DNA of 64,000 bases from positions 3,526-67,525 of the forward strand of contig JAGWSR010000061.1 of NCBI GenBank assembly GCA_028869385.1, given 5' to 3'. Shown here piece by piece: positions 21,940-32,563 of the stretch; the stretch's first letter is position 1, and each line of letters opens with the position of its first letter. The DNA is from a bacterium (GTDB taxonomy: Bacteria > Vulcanimicrobiota > Vulcanimicrobiia > Vulcanimicrobiales > Vulcanimicrobiaceae). The position numbers were made by a program, and so were the translations under genes. A model generated the notes under the pieces. The model did not search any database. It saw only the letters and a list, made by a program, of their open reading frames with translations, and was not told where the DNA came from.

Positions 21940-23619
21940 GTGATCTCCGCCTACTTTGCGGGGCTGCGTGCCCGGTTGAGCCCCGTGGCTCGCGTACTTC
22001 TTGCCCTGCTGGCTGCCGTGATCGCGGCACTCGCCGCATGGTACGGCGCCGCCGCGCCGGTCGAGGCCGTGCTGGTAGCGCTCGCCGCGCTCGCCGCGGC
22101 CGCCACGGGCTTCCCGCTCGGTGCCGCCGTTGCCGTGGTAGGCGCCGCGACCGAGTACGCCGCTCGCTCGCAGCACGCCATGCCGCACGCCATGCTCGGC
22201 GCCGGGGTGGTGCTGGTGGCGGGCGTCGTGGTCAGCGCGCTCTTCCAGGGCGAGATGGCTCCGGTCGAAGAGATGGACTCGCTCGCCCCCGGGGCGCTGG
22301 CCTTCCGCAGTGGTTCGCGCGTGGCGTTGCCGCGCGGCGAGGGCGCGATGGGCAGCTCGACGAGCCTGGCCGCGCTCGCGTCGGGCATCCGCGAAGTCTC
22401 GCAAGGCGACTTCACCAAGAACATCGCGGTGAGCGACGCGGCGCTTCAAGATCTCGCGATCGCGCTGAACAAGCTCATCTTCGGCATGCGCGAGTTTCTC
22501 GGGCAGCTCCATTCCAACGCCAACAACCTCGGCTCCGCGGGTTCCGACCTGCGCTCCACCGCCTCGACGGCGCTCGCCGTGATCGAGGGTGCGTCGGTCG
22601 CGCAGGGGCAGCTCGACGAAGGCATTCAGGAACAGACGCGCATCGTCGAAGAGGCGACCTCGAAGGTGCTCGTGCTCGCCGATGCGATCGCGACGATCGC
22701 GGCATCGGCTGAAGAGCAGACGCGCGGCCTCGACGAAACGGCGCTCGCCGTCTCCAACATGGCGAGCTCCATTGAAGAAGTGGCGGCGCAGGTGGACTCG
22801 CTCTCGTCGATTTCGAGCGAAACCTCGCGCATCGCCGAACGCGGCGGCTCGTCGATCGAGACCATCGTGGACGGCATGCACACGATTCGCACGACGATCA
22901 ACGATCTCGCGGGCGACATTCGCCAACTCGGCAACAACTCCGAACAGATCGGCGATATCGTCAAGGTGATCGACCGCATCGCCGAACAGACGAACCTGCT
23001 CGCCCTCAACGCCGCGATCGAAGCGGCGCGCGCGGGCGAACACGGACGCGGCTTCGCCGTCGTCGCGAGCGAGATTCGCAAGCTCGCCGACGGCAGCGTG
23101 CAGGCGACCAAGGAGATCGCCGGCCACATCACCGCGACGCAGGGCGTCATCGGCGAAGTCGTCGGCGCGATGGAGCGCCTGACCGAACGCGTGGAGGACA
23201 GCACGTCGAGCACGAGTTCGGCGTCGGGCGCGCTGCAAGAGATCGTGACCGCCGTGCTCGCGGCCAACCAGCAGATCAACGAGATCAGCTCGGTGACCCG
23301 CGCGATGAGCGCAAATTCGTACCAGGTGATCCGGCAGATCGAAGAGATCACGAAGTCGGTCGCGCTCAACCTCAAGGCGACGCAGTCGATGACGCGTCAG
23401 TCGGATGAAGTGAACAAAGCCTTCTCCGACATCTCGTCGATCTCGCAGCAGAACGCTTCGTCGGTCGAAGTGCTCACCTACGTTAATAAGGAAGTTACCG
23501 ACGCCGCGCAGCGGATGCTCTCGTCGGTGGAGCAGATGAACGATCTCTCAGGCGAGATCGACGTTCGTCTCAAACAGTTCAAAGTCAGCGACTCCGGCTC
23601 GGAGGAAGTCAACGGATGA
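21940..23619 (+). CDS. Methyl-accepting chemotaxis protein (TM bundle + HAMP + signalling domain, no periplasmic sensor domain)
   Basis: GTG start with GGGAG upstream. N-terminal Ala/Val-rich TM helices. HAMP-like [31 protein letters not shown]. Signalling hairpin [37 protein letters not shown]. Confidence 0.85.
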   Translation: MISAYFAGLRARLSPVARVLLALLAAVIAALAAWYGAAAPVEAVLVALAALAAAATGFPLGAAVAVVGAATEYAARSQHAMPHAMLGAGVVLVAGVVVSALFQGEMAPVEEMDSLAPGALAFRSGSRVALPRGEGAMGSSTSLAALASGIREVSQGDFTKNIAVSDAALQDLAIALNKLIFGMREFLGQLHSNANNLGSAGSDLRSTASTALAVIEGASVAQGQLDEGIQEQTRIVEEATSKVLVLADAIATIAASAEEQTRGLDETALAVSNMASSIEEVAAQVDSLSSISSETSRIAERGGSSIETIVDGMHTIRTTINDLAGDIRQLGNNSEQIGDIVKVIDRIAEQTNLLALNAAIEAARAGEHGRGFAVVASEIRKLADGSVQATKEIAGHITATQGVIGEVVGAMERLTERVEDSTSSTSSASGALQEIVTAVLAANQQINEISSVTRAMSANSYQVIRQIEEITKSVALNLKATQSMTRQSDEVNKAFSDISSISQQNASSVEVLTYVNKEVTDAAQRMLSSVEQMNDLSGEIDVRLKQFKVSDSGSEEVNG

Positions 23620-24947
23620 GTCTTCGCGTTCGCCTCTTGGGCACCATCATCGGTGCCATCGTGCTCTTCTTTCTCATCAGCGTCGTCGCGGCGCGCGGCG
23701 TGCTGCAGCACGACCTCTTCGGCCTCGGACAGACGCAAGTCGAGAACGGGTCGAAGGCGTTCGGCGGGTACTGGGACTCGCGCAGCAATCAGATTCGTCT
23801 GCTCGTGGCGCAAGACGCCGTCAGCGACACTCTGCGTAAGGCGCTCGAGACGCACAACGTCGCGGCGCTGCAGGATCAGCTCGCGAACATCGCGCGCACG
23901 GCCGGGCTCTCGTTCCTCACCATCGTGGACGCGAACGGCAACGTGGTCGCCCGAGCGAACGGCCCGCAGAAGGGCTCGCTCAAGAGCAGCGCGGTGATTC
24001 AGCGCGCGCTCACGGGCGAGACGGTGAGCACGGCGACGCTTCTCGATCCGGCGCTGCTCGCGGGCGAAGGCCTTGCGCCGCAGGCGCAGGCCGACGTGAA
24101 GAGCCCCGACGGCAAAACGACCGTGCGTCACGACACGACCGGCCTCGGTCTGGTGGCGGCCGCTCCGATCAGCGACGAGAACGAGCGCACGATCGGCGCG
24201 ATCTACGGCGGCGTACTGCTCAATCACTACTACGATCTCGTGGACTCTGCGACGCTCGCGCTCGGCGGCGCCGCGGCGATCGTCGAAGGCGACTCGATCA
24301 TCGCGAGCACGATTCTCCAGCCTTCAGACGGCACGCGCACCGTGGATCAGCAGATCGTCACGCCCGGTGGCGCGCTGCAGCCCGGCAAAGCGCCGGTCGC
24401 CGACACCGTCGCAGGCACCGAGTATCTCGCCCAACTGCAGCCCATCACCGACGACCAAGGCAAGGTGATCGGCGCGCGCTGGTACGGCACGCCGATGGCG
24501 CAGATCAACGCGATCATCAATCACACGACGATGACGCTGATTCTGTGGGGCGCGATCGCCGCGATCCTCGCGCTCGCGCTCTCGATTCCGATCGTGCAGC
24601 GCATCTCCAACACGCTCGCGCGCCGCAGCCAGCAGGTTCGCGCCGCCGCGAAGGAGCTCGGCGTGGCGATCGTCGGCAGCGAGGTCTCGGGCGATCACGT
24701 CTCGATGACCAAGGCCGCGGTGGAACGCAGCGGGACGCTCATCGACGAACTCGGGGCGAGCGGGGTTTCGTCGCCCAAACTCACCGAGCTCAAGTCGGTG
24801 AACGACGAGTTGGTCGGCGACATGATCGTCATCGACACGCTCTCGCAAGAGATGAGCGGACGCATGCAGCAGGCCGTGCAGCGGGTTCACGAGTTGAACG
24901 ACGTGGCCGCCGACCTGACGAAACTCGTTACCGGTGAATCGAGTTAA
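23616..24947 (+). CDS. Double-Cache-like extracytoplasmic sensor protein with two TM helices and only a short coiled-coil C-terminus (no output domain)
   Basis: ATG overlaps the MCP stop (ATGA). TM1 is [17 protein letters not shown] periplasmic region of about 290 aa has Cache-like segments ([17 protein letters not shown]; [26 protein letters not shown]). TM2 is [20 protein letters not shown], followed by about 110 helical residues. Confidence 0.65.
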   Translation: MSLRVRLLGTIIGAIVLFFLISVVAARGVLQHDLFGLGQTQVENGSKAFGGYWDSRSNQIRLLVAQDAVSDTLRKALETHNVAALQDQLANIARTAGLSFLTIVDANGNVVARANGPQKGSLKSSAVIQRALTGETVSTATLLDPALLAGEGLAPQAQADVKSPDGKTTVRHDTTGLGLVAAAPISDENERTIGAIYGGVLLNHYYDLVDSATLALGGAAAIVEGDSIIASTILQPSDGTRTVDQQIVTPGGALQPGKAPVADTVAGTEYLAQLQPITDDQGKVIGARWYGTPMAQINAIINHTTMTLILWGAIAAILALALSIPIVQRISNTLARRSQQVRAAAKELGVAIVGSEVSGDHVSMTKAAVERSGTLIDELGASGVSSPKLTELKSVNDELVGDMIVIDTLSQEMSGRMQQAVQRVHELNDVAADLTKLVTGESS

Positions 24948-24958
24948 GGCAAATCGTC

Positions 24959-25174
24959 ATGGCTGATGTCATCCTCTTCTTCGCGAGCAATGCCGACACG
25001 ATGATCGCCACCAAGGCGCTCAAAGATGCCGGCGTTGCCGCCAAGATGATTCCGAAGCCCGCCTCGGTCACGTCGGCGTCGAATCTCTGCTTGAGCATCG
25101 ACGGTGGCGCCGAGACACAAGCCAAGAGCGCACTCTCGGGCGCGGGCGTTGCCCTCGGCGGCGTGGTCAAATAA
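24959..25174 (+). CDS. DUF3343-like small protein (putative Se/S carrier-like fold)
   Basis: ORF translation: VILFFASNADTMIATKALKDAGVAAKMIPKPASVTSASNLCLSI. This matches the remembered DUF3343 pattern (beta-alpha..lIP.P..is..Cg.al). Confidence 0.5.
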   Translation: MADVILFFASNADTMIATKALKDAGVAAKMIPKPASVTSASNLCLSIDGGAETQAKSALSGAGVALGGVVK

Positions 25175-25217
25175 ACTTTTGATCGCGTGATTGAAGGGCG
25201 TTGCGCGGCCTCGCGCA

Positions 25218-26768
25218 ATGCCCTTTTTCATGCGTTTACAACAGATCGTTGCAAGTGTCGCTTGCCTTGCCGTGCTTGGATCGGCGCTCGGCGCGCATCC
25301 CGCGCCGGCGAGTGCGAAGCAGACTCACAAGCCGCATCCGGCCGCGGCTCCCATGGCCGACGAACACAACTCCGTCACGCATGGGACGGTAACCGTAGGC
25401 GGTCAGAGCATCGCGTACACCGCGACCACGGGCAACCTGATTCTCAAAGACAAGAAGGGCAAACCCGCCGTCAGCGTGTTCTACGTGGCGTACACGAAGG
25501 ATGGCGCCGACCGTTCGCAGCGCCCCGTGACGTTTCTCTACAACGGCGGCCCCGGCTGCGCGTCGTCGCCGCTGCACATGTTCGCGTTCGGTCCGCGCCG
25601 CATCGAGGTCGCGAACGCAAAGCCCAACAGCGGCCCGCCGTTCAAGCTGATTAACAACGGCGACAGCCTGCTCGACAAATCCGATCTCATCTTCATCGAC
25701 GCGCCGGGAACCGGCTACAGCAAGCTGCTGCCGGGCGCCGATCCCAAAGACTTCTACGGCATCGATCAAGACGCGGCGGCGTTCGCGCAGTTCATCGAGC
25801 GCTACGTCACGCTCAACGATCGCTGGAACTCGCCGAAGTTCTTGCTCGGCGAGAGCTACGGCACGCCGCGCTCGGCCGCGCTCGTGGACTACCTGCAGAA
25901 CAACGACAACATGCAGTTCAACGGCGTGATTCTCTTGAGCTCGGTGCTCGACTTCGATACGATCGCGCCCGGACCGGGGAACGATCTCGCCTACATCACC
26001 TATCTGCCGACCGAAGCCGCGGTGCGCTGGTATCACGACACGTCGTCGAACAAAGGCTCGCTTCAAGCGACGATCGACGCCGCGCGCAGCTTCGCGAACG
26101 GACCGTACGCGTCGGCGTTGCTGCAGGGCAACCGCCTCTCGCACGACCAGTTCGTGAAGATCGCGGGCGAATTCGCGCGCATGACGGGCCTCTCGCAAAC
26201 GTACGTGGAGCAGTCGAATCTCCGCGTGCAGCCGGGGCGCTTCGAGAAAGAGTTGCTGCGCGCCGAGGGCAAGCAGACGGGACGCCTCGACGCGCGTTAC
26301 ACCGGCTACGATCTCGACCAGATCGGCGATTCCGCCGAGTACGATGCCGCGGATGCCGACGTGAGCAACGCGCTGCAGTCGCAGTTCATCTCGTACGCGC
26401 ACAATACGTTGCACTACACGAACGACGCGCATTATCCGCAGTGCGTCGGCCCGGTCAATCAAAACTGGGATTACACGCGCAAGTCGATCTTCGGCTGGCT
26501 CGCACCGACCACGAGCCCCGATCTGCAAGAAGCGATGACGACCAATCCCAACCTGCGCGTGTTCGTGGGCGGCGGCTACTTCGACATGGCGACGCCGTTC
26601 GGCGCCGCGGAGTGGACGTTCTCGCACCTCGGCCTGCAGCCGGCGCTACAGTCGCACGTGCAAATGCACTTCTACGACTCGGGACACATGGTGTATCTCA
26701 ATCCCAACGCCCTCGCCCAATTCCATGGCGACCTCGACCACTTCTACGACTCAGTACTGAGTCATTAA
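25218..26768 (+). CDS. Secreted serine carboxypeptidase (peptidase S10 family)
   Basis: Signal peptide: ..MRLQQIVASVACLAVLGSALGAHPAPASA. Motifs LYNGGPGCASS and GESYGT (nucleophile Ser), with a C-terminal ..SGHMVY His. The start could be 25191, 25218 or 25230. Confidence 0.8.
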   Translation: MPFFMRLQQIVASVACLAVLGSALGAHPAPASAKQTHKPHPAAAPMADEHNSVTHGTVTVGGQSIAYTATTGNLILKDKKGKPAVSVFYVAYTKDGADRSQRPVTFLYNGGPGCASSPLHMFAFGPRRIEVANAKPNSGPPFKLINNGDSLLDKSDLIFIDAPGTGYSKLLPGADPKDFYGIDQDAAAFAQFIERYVTLNDRWNSPKFLLGESYGTPRSAALVDYLQNNDNMQFNGVILLSSVLDFDTIAPGPGNDLAYITYLPTEAAVRWYHDTSSNKGSLQATIDAARSFANGPYASALLQGNRLSHDQFVKIAGEFARMTGLSQTYVEQSNLRVQPGRFEKELLRAEGKQTGRLDARYTGYDLDQIGDSAEYDAADADVSNALQSQFISYAHNTLHYTNDAHYPQCVGPVNQNWDYTRKSIFGWLAPTTSPDLQEAMTTNPNLRVFVGGGYFDMATPFGAAEWTFSHLGLQPALQSHVQMHFYDSGHMVYLNPNALAQFHGDLDHFYDSVLSH

Positions 26769-26775
26769 GCGATCC

Positions 26776-26891
26776 GTGTCACCCTGAGCTAGTCGAAGGG
26801 CCCCCGTGTCACCCTGAGCCCGTCGAAGGGTCCACGTGTCACCCTGAGCCCGTCGAAGGGCCCCTGTGTCACCCTGAGCTTGTCGAAGGGC
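26776..26891 (-). repeat. Tandem array (3.9 x 30 bp) of the genome repeat in reverse orientation
   Basis: Units GTGTCACCCTGAGCNNGTCGAAGGGNCCNN start at 26776, 26806, 26836 and 26866. Each is the reverse complement of GCCCTTCGACNNGCTCAGGGTGACAC. Confidence 0.9.
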
Positions 26892-26894
26892 AAC

Positions 26895-26930
26895 AAGAGG
26901 ACCGCATCACGCGGCCCTCTTTGTTTTTGT
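26895..26930 (+). terminator. Rho-independent terminator between convergent S10 peptidase and birA genes
   Basis: Hairpin AAGAGGACCGC-ATCAC-GCGGCCCTCTT (one A.C mismatch) followed by TGTTTTTGT. Confidence 0.65.
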
Positions 26931-26937
26931 GGCGCTC

Positions 26938-27033
26938 GCCCTTCGACAAGCTCGCCCTTCGACAAGCTCAGGGTGACACGGGGGGGAGCTCGCCCTTCGA
27001 CAGGCTCGCCCTTCGACAAGCTCAGGGTGACAC
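26938..27033 (+). repeat. Four forward-orientation copies/half-copies of the genome repeat
   Basis: GCCCTTCGACAAGCTC (26938). GCCCTTCGACAAGCTCAGGGTGACAC (26954). GCCCTTCGACAGGCTC (26992). GCCCTTCGACAAGCTCAGGGTGACAC (27008). Together with 26776-26891 these form a large imperfect palindrome centred on the terminator. Confidence 0.9.
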
Positions 27034-27047
27034 CGTTGCGGCGGGGG

Positions 27048-27845
27048 CTAGCGTAGCGCTCTTGCGTCGGCGAGGGCGATGGGTTCTTTGCGGCCGTCGG
27101 GGTGTTGGACGATGAGGGCGCCGGTGTTGGAGAGGGCGAGGGCGGTGACGTCGATCGGGGCGGCGTCGCCGTCTTTGAGGATGCGATAGGGCTTGGGGAG
27201 GCGGGCTTGGCGTTCCCACACGCGGGCGATGCGTTGGGGCATGTCGAGCGTCTCTTGCCACACCTCGTAGTTGAGCAGCAGGTCGTGCAGCAGCTTCGCG
27301 CGCGAGACGTTGGGGTTGGCGTCGCTGCAGAAGGCGGGTGGGGGCGCGATCTCGTCGGCGGCGGGCGTGCGGTGCACGTTGATGCCGACGCCGGCACCCA
27401 CCCAGGCGCGGTCGCCGATGACGCGGCTGATGCAGAGGATGCCGGCGATCTTCTTGCCCTCGTGGAGCAGGTCGTTCGGCCAATGGAGCTCGCTCGTGAC
27501 GCCGCTCATCATGAGGGCGCGGCGCACGCAGATCGCGACGCCGTAGGGCACCACCCACAGGTTCGCGGCTGGAATCGAGCGCGGAAGGATGGTGGTGAGG
27601 AGCAGGGAGCTGCCGGGCTGCGCGAGCCAGGCGCGCCCCGCCTTGCGCCCGACGCCGGCCGATTGGAACTCGGCGACGATGCTGGTGCCGCGGGCGCGTT
27701 CGTCGCCGAGCAGGGCGGCGGCATCTTCGTTGGTGCTCGCGGTCTGCTCGAGGTAGCGGATGTCGGCGAAGGCGGTGCCGCGCAGTTCGGCCGCGACCAA
27801 GGCGTACGGATGTTCGGCTGCTGCTGCCATAGGTAGAGCTTGCAC
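27048..27845 (-). CDS. birA: Biotin--[acetyl-CoA-carboxylase] ligase (class I, no N-terminal HTH)
   Basis: ORF translation: ..FQSAGVGRKAGRAWLAQPGSSLLLTTIL..HWPNDLL..KIAGILC. Confidence 0.8.
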   Translation of the reverse strand: MQALPMAAAAEHPYALVAAELRGTAFADIRYLEQTASTNEDAAALLGDERARGTSIVAEFQSAGVGRKAGRAWLAQPGSSLLLTTILPRSIPAANLWVVPYGVAICVRRALMMSGVTSELHWPNDLLHEGKKIAGILCISRVIGDRAWVGAGVGINVHRTPAADEIAPPPAFCSDANPNVSRAKLLHDLLLNYEVWQETLDMPQRIARVWERQARLPKPYRILKDGDAAPIDVTALALSNTGALIVQHPDGRKEPIALADARALR

Positions 27846-27868
27846 GGGCGACGTATTCGGGGCCTGCT

Positions 27869-28324
27869 ATGGCTATTGAAACCACGCTGATCCTCTGTAA
27901 ACCCGACGCCGTCTCGCGCGGCCTGGTCGGTGAAATCATCGCGCGCATCGAGCGCCGCGGCTACCTGATCACCGCGATGAAGCTCATGCAGCTTCCCGGC
28001 GACAAGGCGCGCGAACACTACGGCGAGCATAAGGACCGTCCGTTCTTCGGTGAGCTCGTGGACTTCATCACGAGCGGCCCGCTCGTTGCGCTGGCCGTTG
28101 AAGGCGACGGCGCCGTCGAAGGCATGCGTCAGATCATCGGCGCGACCAACCCGCTCACCGCGGCGCCCGGTTCGATCCGTGCCGATTACGGTCAGACGAT
28201 CGGCCGCAATCTCGTGCACGGCAGCGACAGCAAAGATAGCGCGGCGCGCGAACTCAAGATCTTCTTCGAAGCCAACGAGTTCGTTTCGCGCAAGCACGAT
28301 CTGGAACGCTGGATCAAGGGCTAG
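27869..28324 (+). CDS. ndk: Nucleoside diphosphate kinase
   Basis: ORF translation: TLILCKPDAV..GEIIARIE..RPFF..GATNP..PGSIRADYG..RNLVHGSDS. Confidence 0.95.
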   Translation: MAIETTLILCKPDAVSRGLVGEIIARIERRGYLITAMKLMQLPGDKAREHYGEHKDRPFFGELVDFITSGPLVALAVEGDGAVEGMRQIIGATNPLTAAPGSIRADYGQTIGRNLVHGSDSKDSAARELKIFFEANEFVSRKHDLERWIKG

Positions 28325-28330
28325 AGGTAG

Positions 28331-30009
<1,679 letters not shown>

Positions 30010-30012
30010 CGC

Positions 30013-30330
30013 TTACGAGACCGCCCGCAGGCGCACGTAGGGGTGCAGGTCGTGGAGGGCGGCGCGGATCTTGCGGTTCTCGTCGTCGCTGAGATCGAGC
30101 GGGTGGAAGCTGGCGCGCAGCTCGCCGGTGATCGGATCCTCGCTCGCGGCGATCATCCGCACGTGGCAGTTGATCGTGCTCTCCGGCAGCCAGAACGTGG
30201 CGAAGACGGTATCCACGCGGGGCAGTTCCGCCGAGAGCCGAGCGTCGATGCGGTTGTTGTGGATGTTGAGGATCTGGCAGTTCACGAGGCTCTTGGGGCC
30301 GGGATAGAGCGTGACGTAGAGGTTCTCCAT
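30013..30330 (-). CDS. Hypothetical protein
   Basis: ORF 30013..30330. Coding-like. No motif recognised. Confidence 0.4.
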   Translation of the reverse strand: MENLYVTLYPGPKSLVNCQILNIHNNRIDARLSAELPRVDTVFATFWLPESTINCHVRMIAASEDPITGELRASFHPLDLSDDENRKIRAALHDLHPYVRLRAVS

Positions 30331-30378
30331 GCGTCCAGGATGCCAAAGGGGCGTCCAGAATCCGTCCAGAGCCGTCGA

Positions 30379-30453
30379 GGGCCTGTAGCTCAGCGGTAGA
30401 GCGGCCGGCTCATAACTGGTTGTGCGTAGGTTCGAATCCTACCAGGCCCACCA
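30379..30453 (+). tRNA. tRNA with CAU anticodon (elongator Met or lysidine-modified Ile2), CCA encoded
   Basis: Hand-folded. Acceptor GGGCCUG/CAGGCCC. D arm GCUC-AGCGGUA-GAGC. Anticodon loop CU-CAU-AA. T arm GUAGG-UUCGAAU-CCUAC. Discriminator A plus CCA. The G1-C72 pair argues against an initiator tRNA. Confidence 0.85.
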
Positions 30454-30509
30454 CCAATTCCGTTGACAGCAACCCCTCTGTCCCGGTAAGGTCCATGGGG
30501 TAACCACGT

Positions 30510-30584
30510 GGCGCCATCGTCTATCGGTTAGGACAGCCGCCTTTCACGTGGCAAAGACGGGTTCGATTCCCGTTGGCGCTACCA
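30510..30584 (+). tRNA. tRNA-Glu (UUC), CCA encoded
   Basis: Hand-folded. Acceptor GGCGCCA/UGGCGCU (G1.U72). D arm GUCU..GGAC with a GGUUAGGAC-type loop. Anticodon stem GCCGC/GUGGC with loop CU-UUC-AC. T arm ACGGG-UUCGAUU-CCCGU. A plus CCA. Confidence 0.85.
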
Positions 30585-30591
30585 ACTTGGA

Positions 30592-30608
30592 CCCTCGATT
30601 TTCGAGGG
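30592..30608 (+). terminator. Perfect hairpin immediately after tRNA-Glu (terminator or att-associated structure)
   Basis: CCCTCGA-TTT-TCGAGGG. There is no clear U-tract afterwards, so its function is uncertain. Confidence 0.3.
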
Positions 30609-30677
30609 ATTCCGCTGATTCAGGCGATTGTTGGACCCTCCGTCTAACAATCGTCTAACAGAATCTAACGAGACGCC

Positions 30678-31853
30678 TTAGCTGGCAAGCTGTTCGAAAA
30701 CAGCCGCCGCCTCGGCGTCTCGTTCTTTATAGACGTGCAGATAGCGCTCGGCGGTGATACCGATCGTGGCATGGCCGAGCCGCTTCGAGATGACCTCCAG
30801 CGGCACGCCGTGCTTGCCGAGAAGGCTCGCGTGCGTGTCGCGCAGATCGTGCAACCGGATGTACGGGACCTTCGCCCGGTCTACCAGATAGCGGAACGAC
30901 GCGGTGAAACTCCAGGGTAGGACCGGCGATCCGTCCGGTGCGGCAAAGACGAGATCGTCGTCCTTATATGCAGCTTTGAATACCGCGCGATCTTCCTGCT
31001 GCTCGGTGCGGTGCTTGCGGAGCACTTCGACGAGAGATCTCGACAGAACGATCGTGCGGTGCTTGCCGTTCTTTGGTTCTTTGAATTGCACGCCGCCGGC
31101 CTTCGTTTCCGTGAGCGAGTGGCGGATCGTAGCCGTCTTCGCTTCGAGGTCGAGATCACGCCACCGAAGTGCAAGGGTCTCGCCGCGACGAGCACCGGTG
31201 TAGGCTGCGAACCACACTGCCGGTGCGAACCACGACTGCGCGCTTACGACTCCGTGCTTGCGCGCCCAATCCGTCGGCTCCCATGAGGATGCAAGGAGTT
31301 TCTTCAGTTGCTCCTCGGTGAGCGCAACCGGCTCGGGCTTCTTCGCTTTGGGAAGATCCTCCGCGACGAGCGTCGCGACGTTATGATGGACCAGCCCCTT
31401 GCGAAGACCGTAGTTGAGCATCGTCCGAAGCAGATCGTGGATATGCCGAACGGACCGCGCGCTCAGCGCTCGGCCGCCCTTGCCTTTCGAGAGCCAGGAC
31501 GCGTATGCGTCCGTCAGGTGATGCTGCTTTAGCTTGCTCAACGTCATCTCGCCGAACCTTGGACCGATGTAGGCTGCGTAGAGTGTTCCGTAGCGTTCGA
31601 TCGTCTTCGGAGCGCGCTGCGCGACCTTCTTGGCTTGGATGAACCTCTCGAAAAGCGTTGATACTGTGACGTCGTCGGTAACGAACTTGCCGATAGCAAC
31701 GGTCTCTTCGCGCTTCGCGAGGATCAGCTTCGCCTGTGCCTTGGTGACTGGAAAGAGCGTCTCGGTTTTCTGGCGTCGCCGTCGTCCGTCGGACGGCGGC
31801 GCGTCGTAAACGATTCGCCATTTCTTCTCGCCAAGTTGTTTGAGGTATCCCAC
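30678..31853 (-). CDS. int: Tyrosine-type site-specific integrase
   Basis: ORF 30678..31904. The start is re-set to GTG 31853 (AAGGAA 7 nt upstream). C-terminal catalytic region: ..ARRGETLALRWRDLD..HDLRDTHASLL..VISKRLGHATIGITAERYLHVY (R..HxxR..Y). Confidence 0.9.
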   Translation of the reverse strand: MGYLKQLGEKKWRIVYDAPPSDGRRRRQKTETLFPVTKAQAKLILAKREETVAIGKFVTDDVTVSTLFERFIQAKKVAQRAPKTIERYGTLYAAYIGPRFGEMTLSKLKQHHLTDAYASWLSKGKGGRALSARSVRHIHDLLRTMLNYGLRKGLVHHNVATLVAEDLPKAKKPEPVALTEEQLKKLLASSWEPTDWARKHGVVSAQSWFAPAVWFAAYTGARRGETLALRWRDLDLEAKTATIRHSLTETKAGGVQFKEPKNGKHRTIVLSRSLVEVLRKHRTEQQEDRAVFKAAYKDDDLVFAAPDGSPVLPWSFTASFRYLVDRAKVPYIRLHDLRDTHASLLGKHGVPLEVISKRLGHATIGITAERYLHVYKERDAEAAAVFEQLAS

Positions 31854-31864
31854 GATTGTTTTCC

Positions 31865-32095
31865 TTACCGTGGGGCCCCGGCACCGACGTCTTCGTCGCG
31901 GCACTCGATGAAGTCCCGCAAGGCAGCCTTGGGGATCAGGAACTTTTGGCCGTGTCGGCGATTTCGAATGCGCTGGCTGTTCAGCAAATCGTAAACAGCG
32001 TTGCGCCCGAAGATGCCCCGCAGAAACGCGACAACGTCGCCGGCGGTTAAAACCTCCGGCAAGTCGTCGAGCGGCATCTGGTAGGTAATGCGCAT
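31865..32095 (-). CDS. xis: Excisionase-family helix-turn-helix DNA-binding protein
   Basis: 76 aa. VLTAGDVVAFLRGIFGRNAVYDLLNSQRIRNRRHGQKFLIPKAALRDFI resembles excisionase/MerR-like HTH proteins. Its stop overlaps the integrase SD. Confidence 0.7.
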   Translation of the reverse strand: MRITYQMPLDDLPEVLTAGDVVAFLRGIFGRNAVYDLLNSQRIRNRRHGQKFLIPKAALRDFIECRDEDVGAGAPR

Positions 32096-32110
32096 GAGCC
32101 GGTGTTCTTA

Positions 32111-32563
32111 TTACTCGCGCACGTCGTCTTGCGCGTCGTACTCATCGAGGTGGGCGAAGCATTCTTCGAGCATGTTGTTCTTGGCGCGCGAAACTCCGAA
32201 GTCCATCGGATCGTCTGCGAAGGCCGGAAGCTCCAGCTCCAACATGCGTGGGATGTCGCTCACAATGGCCGTGCGATAGTCGGCCTCGCTCACGTCCAGG
32301 TAGGCAGCGATGAAGTCGCCGTTTTCAAGTGGAAGCGCGACGCGGCAGCGATGATGAATCTCACCGCTGCTGTCGGCTCCGTGCGCGGGGACGGCGATCT
32401 CGATGCAACATGGGCGAAACACTGCCAGGCGATCGCGGAGCGGCGCGTCGGCGTCGCCGTAATCGCTCCAGTCAATTGCACGGTTGTATCCACGGCGGAT
32501 TGACGTATTGTTTAACTTGAGGACCGTTGCTACGGTCACGAGGCGTTCTGATGCACCGATCAT
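32111..32563 (-). CDS. Hypothetical acidic protein
   Basis: ORF 32111..32563. ATG overlaps the stop of the upstream gene (ATGA). No motif recognised. Confidence 0.4.
   Translation of the reverse strand: MIGASERLVTVATVLKLNNTSIRRGYNRAIDWSDYGDADAPLRDRLAVFRPCCIEIAVPAHGADSSGEIHHRCRVALPLENGDFIAAYLDVSEADYRTAIVSDIPRMLELELPAFADDPMDFGVSRAKNNMLEECFAHLDEYDAQDDVRE

Noticed and set aside
26776-26891. Regularly spaced 30-bp repeats that at first glance resemble a small CRISPR array.
   Set aside because: Units are directly abutting, with only 4-5 variable nt and no spacers. The same sequence occurs inverted 50 bp away and inside uvrA and ligA. No cas genes are nearby. This is REP/MITE-like behaviour, not CRISPR.
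30379-30453. Whether the CAU-anticodon tRNA is the initiator tRNA-fMet.
   Set aside because: The 1-72 pair is a normal G-C. The anticodon stem lacks the three consecutive G-C pairs typical of initiators. It is therefore called elongator Met or Ile2(k2C); these cannot be distinguished by eye.
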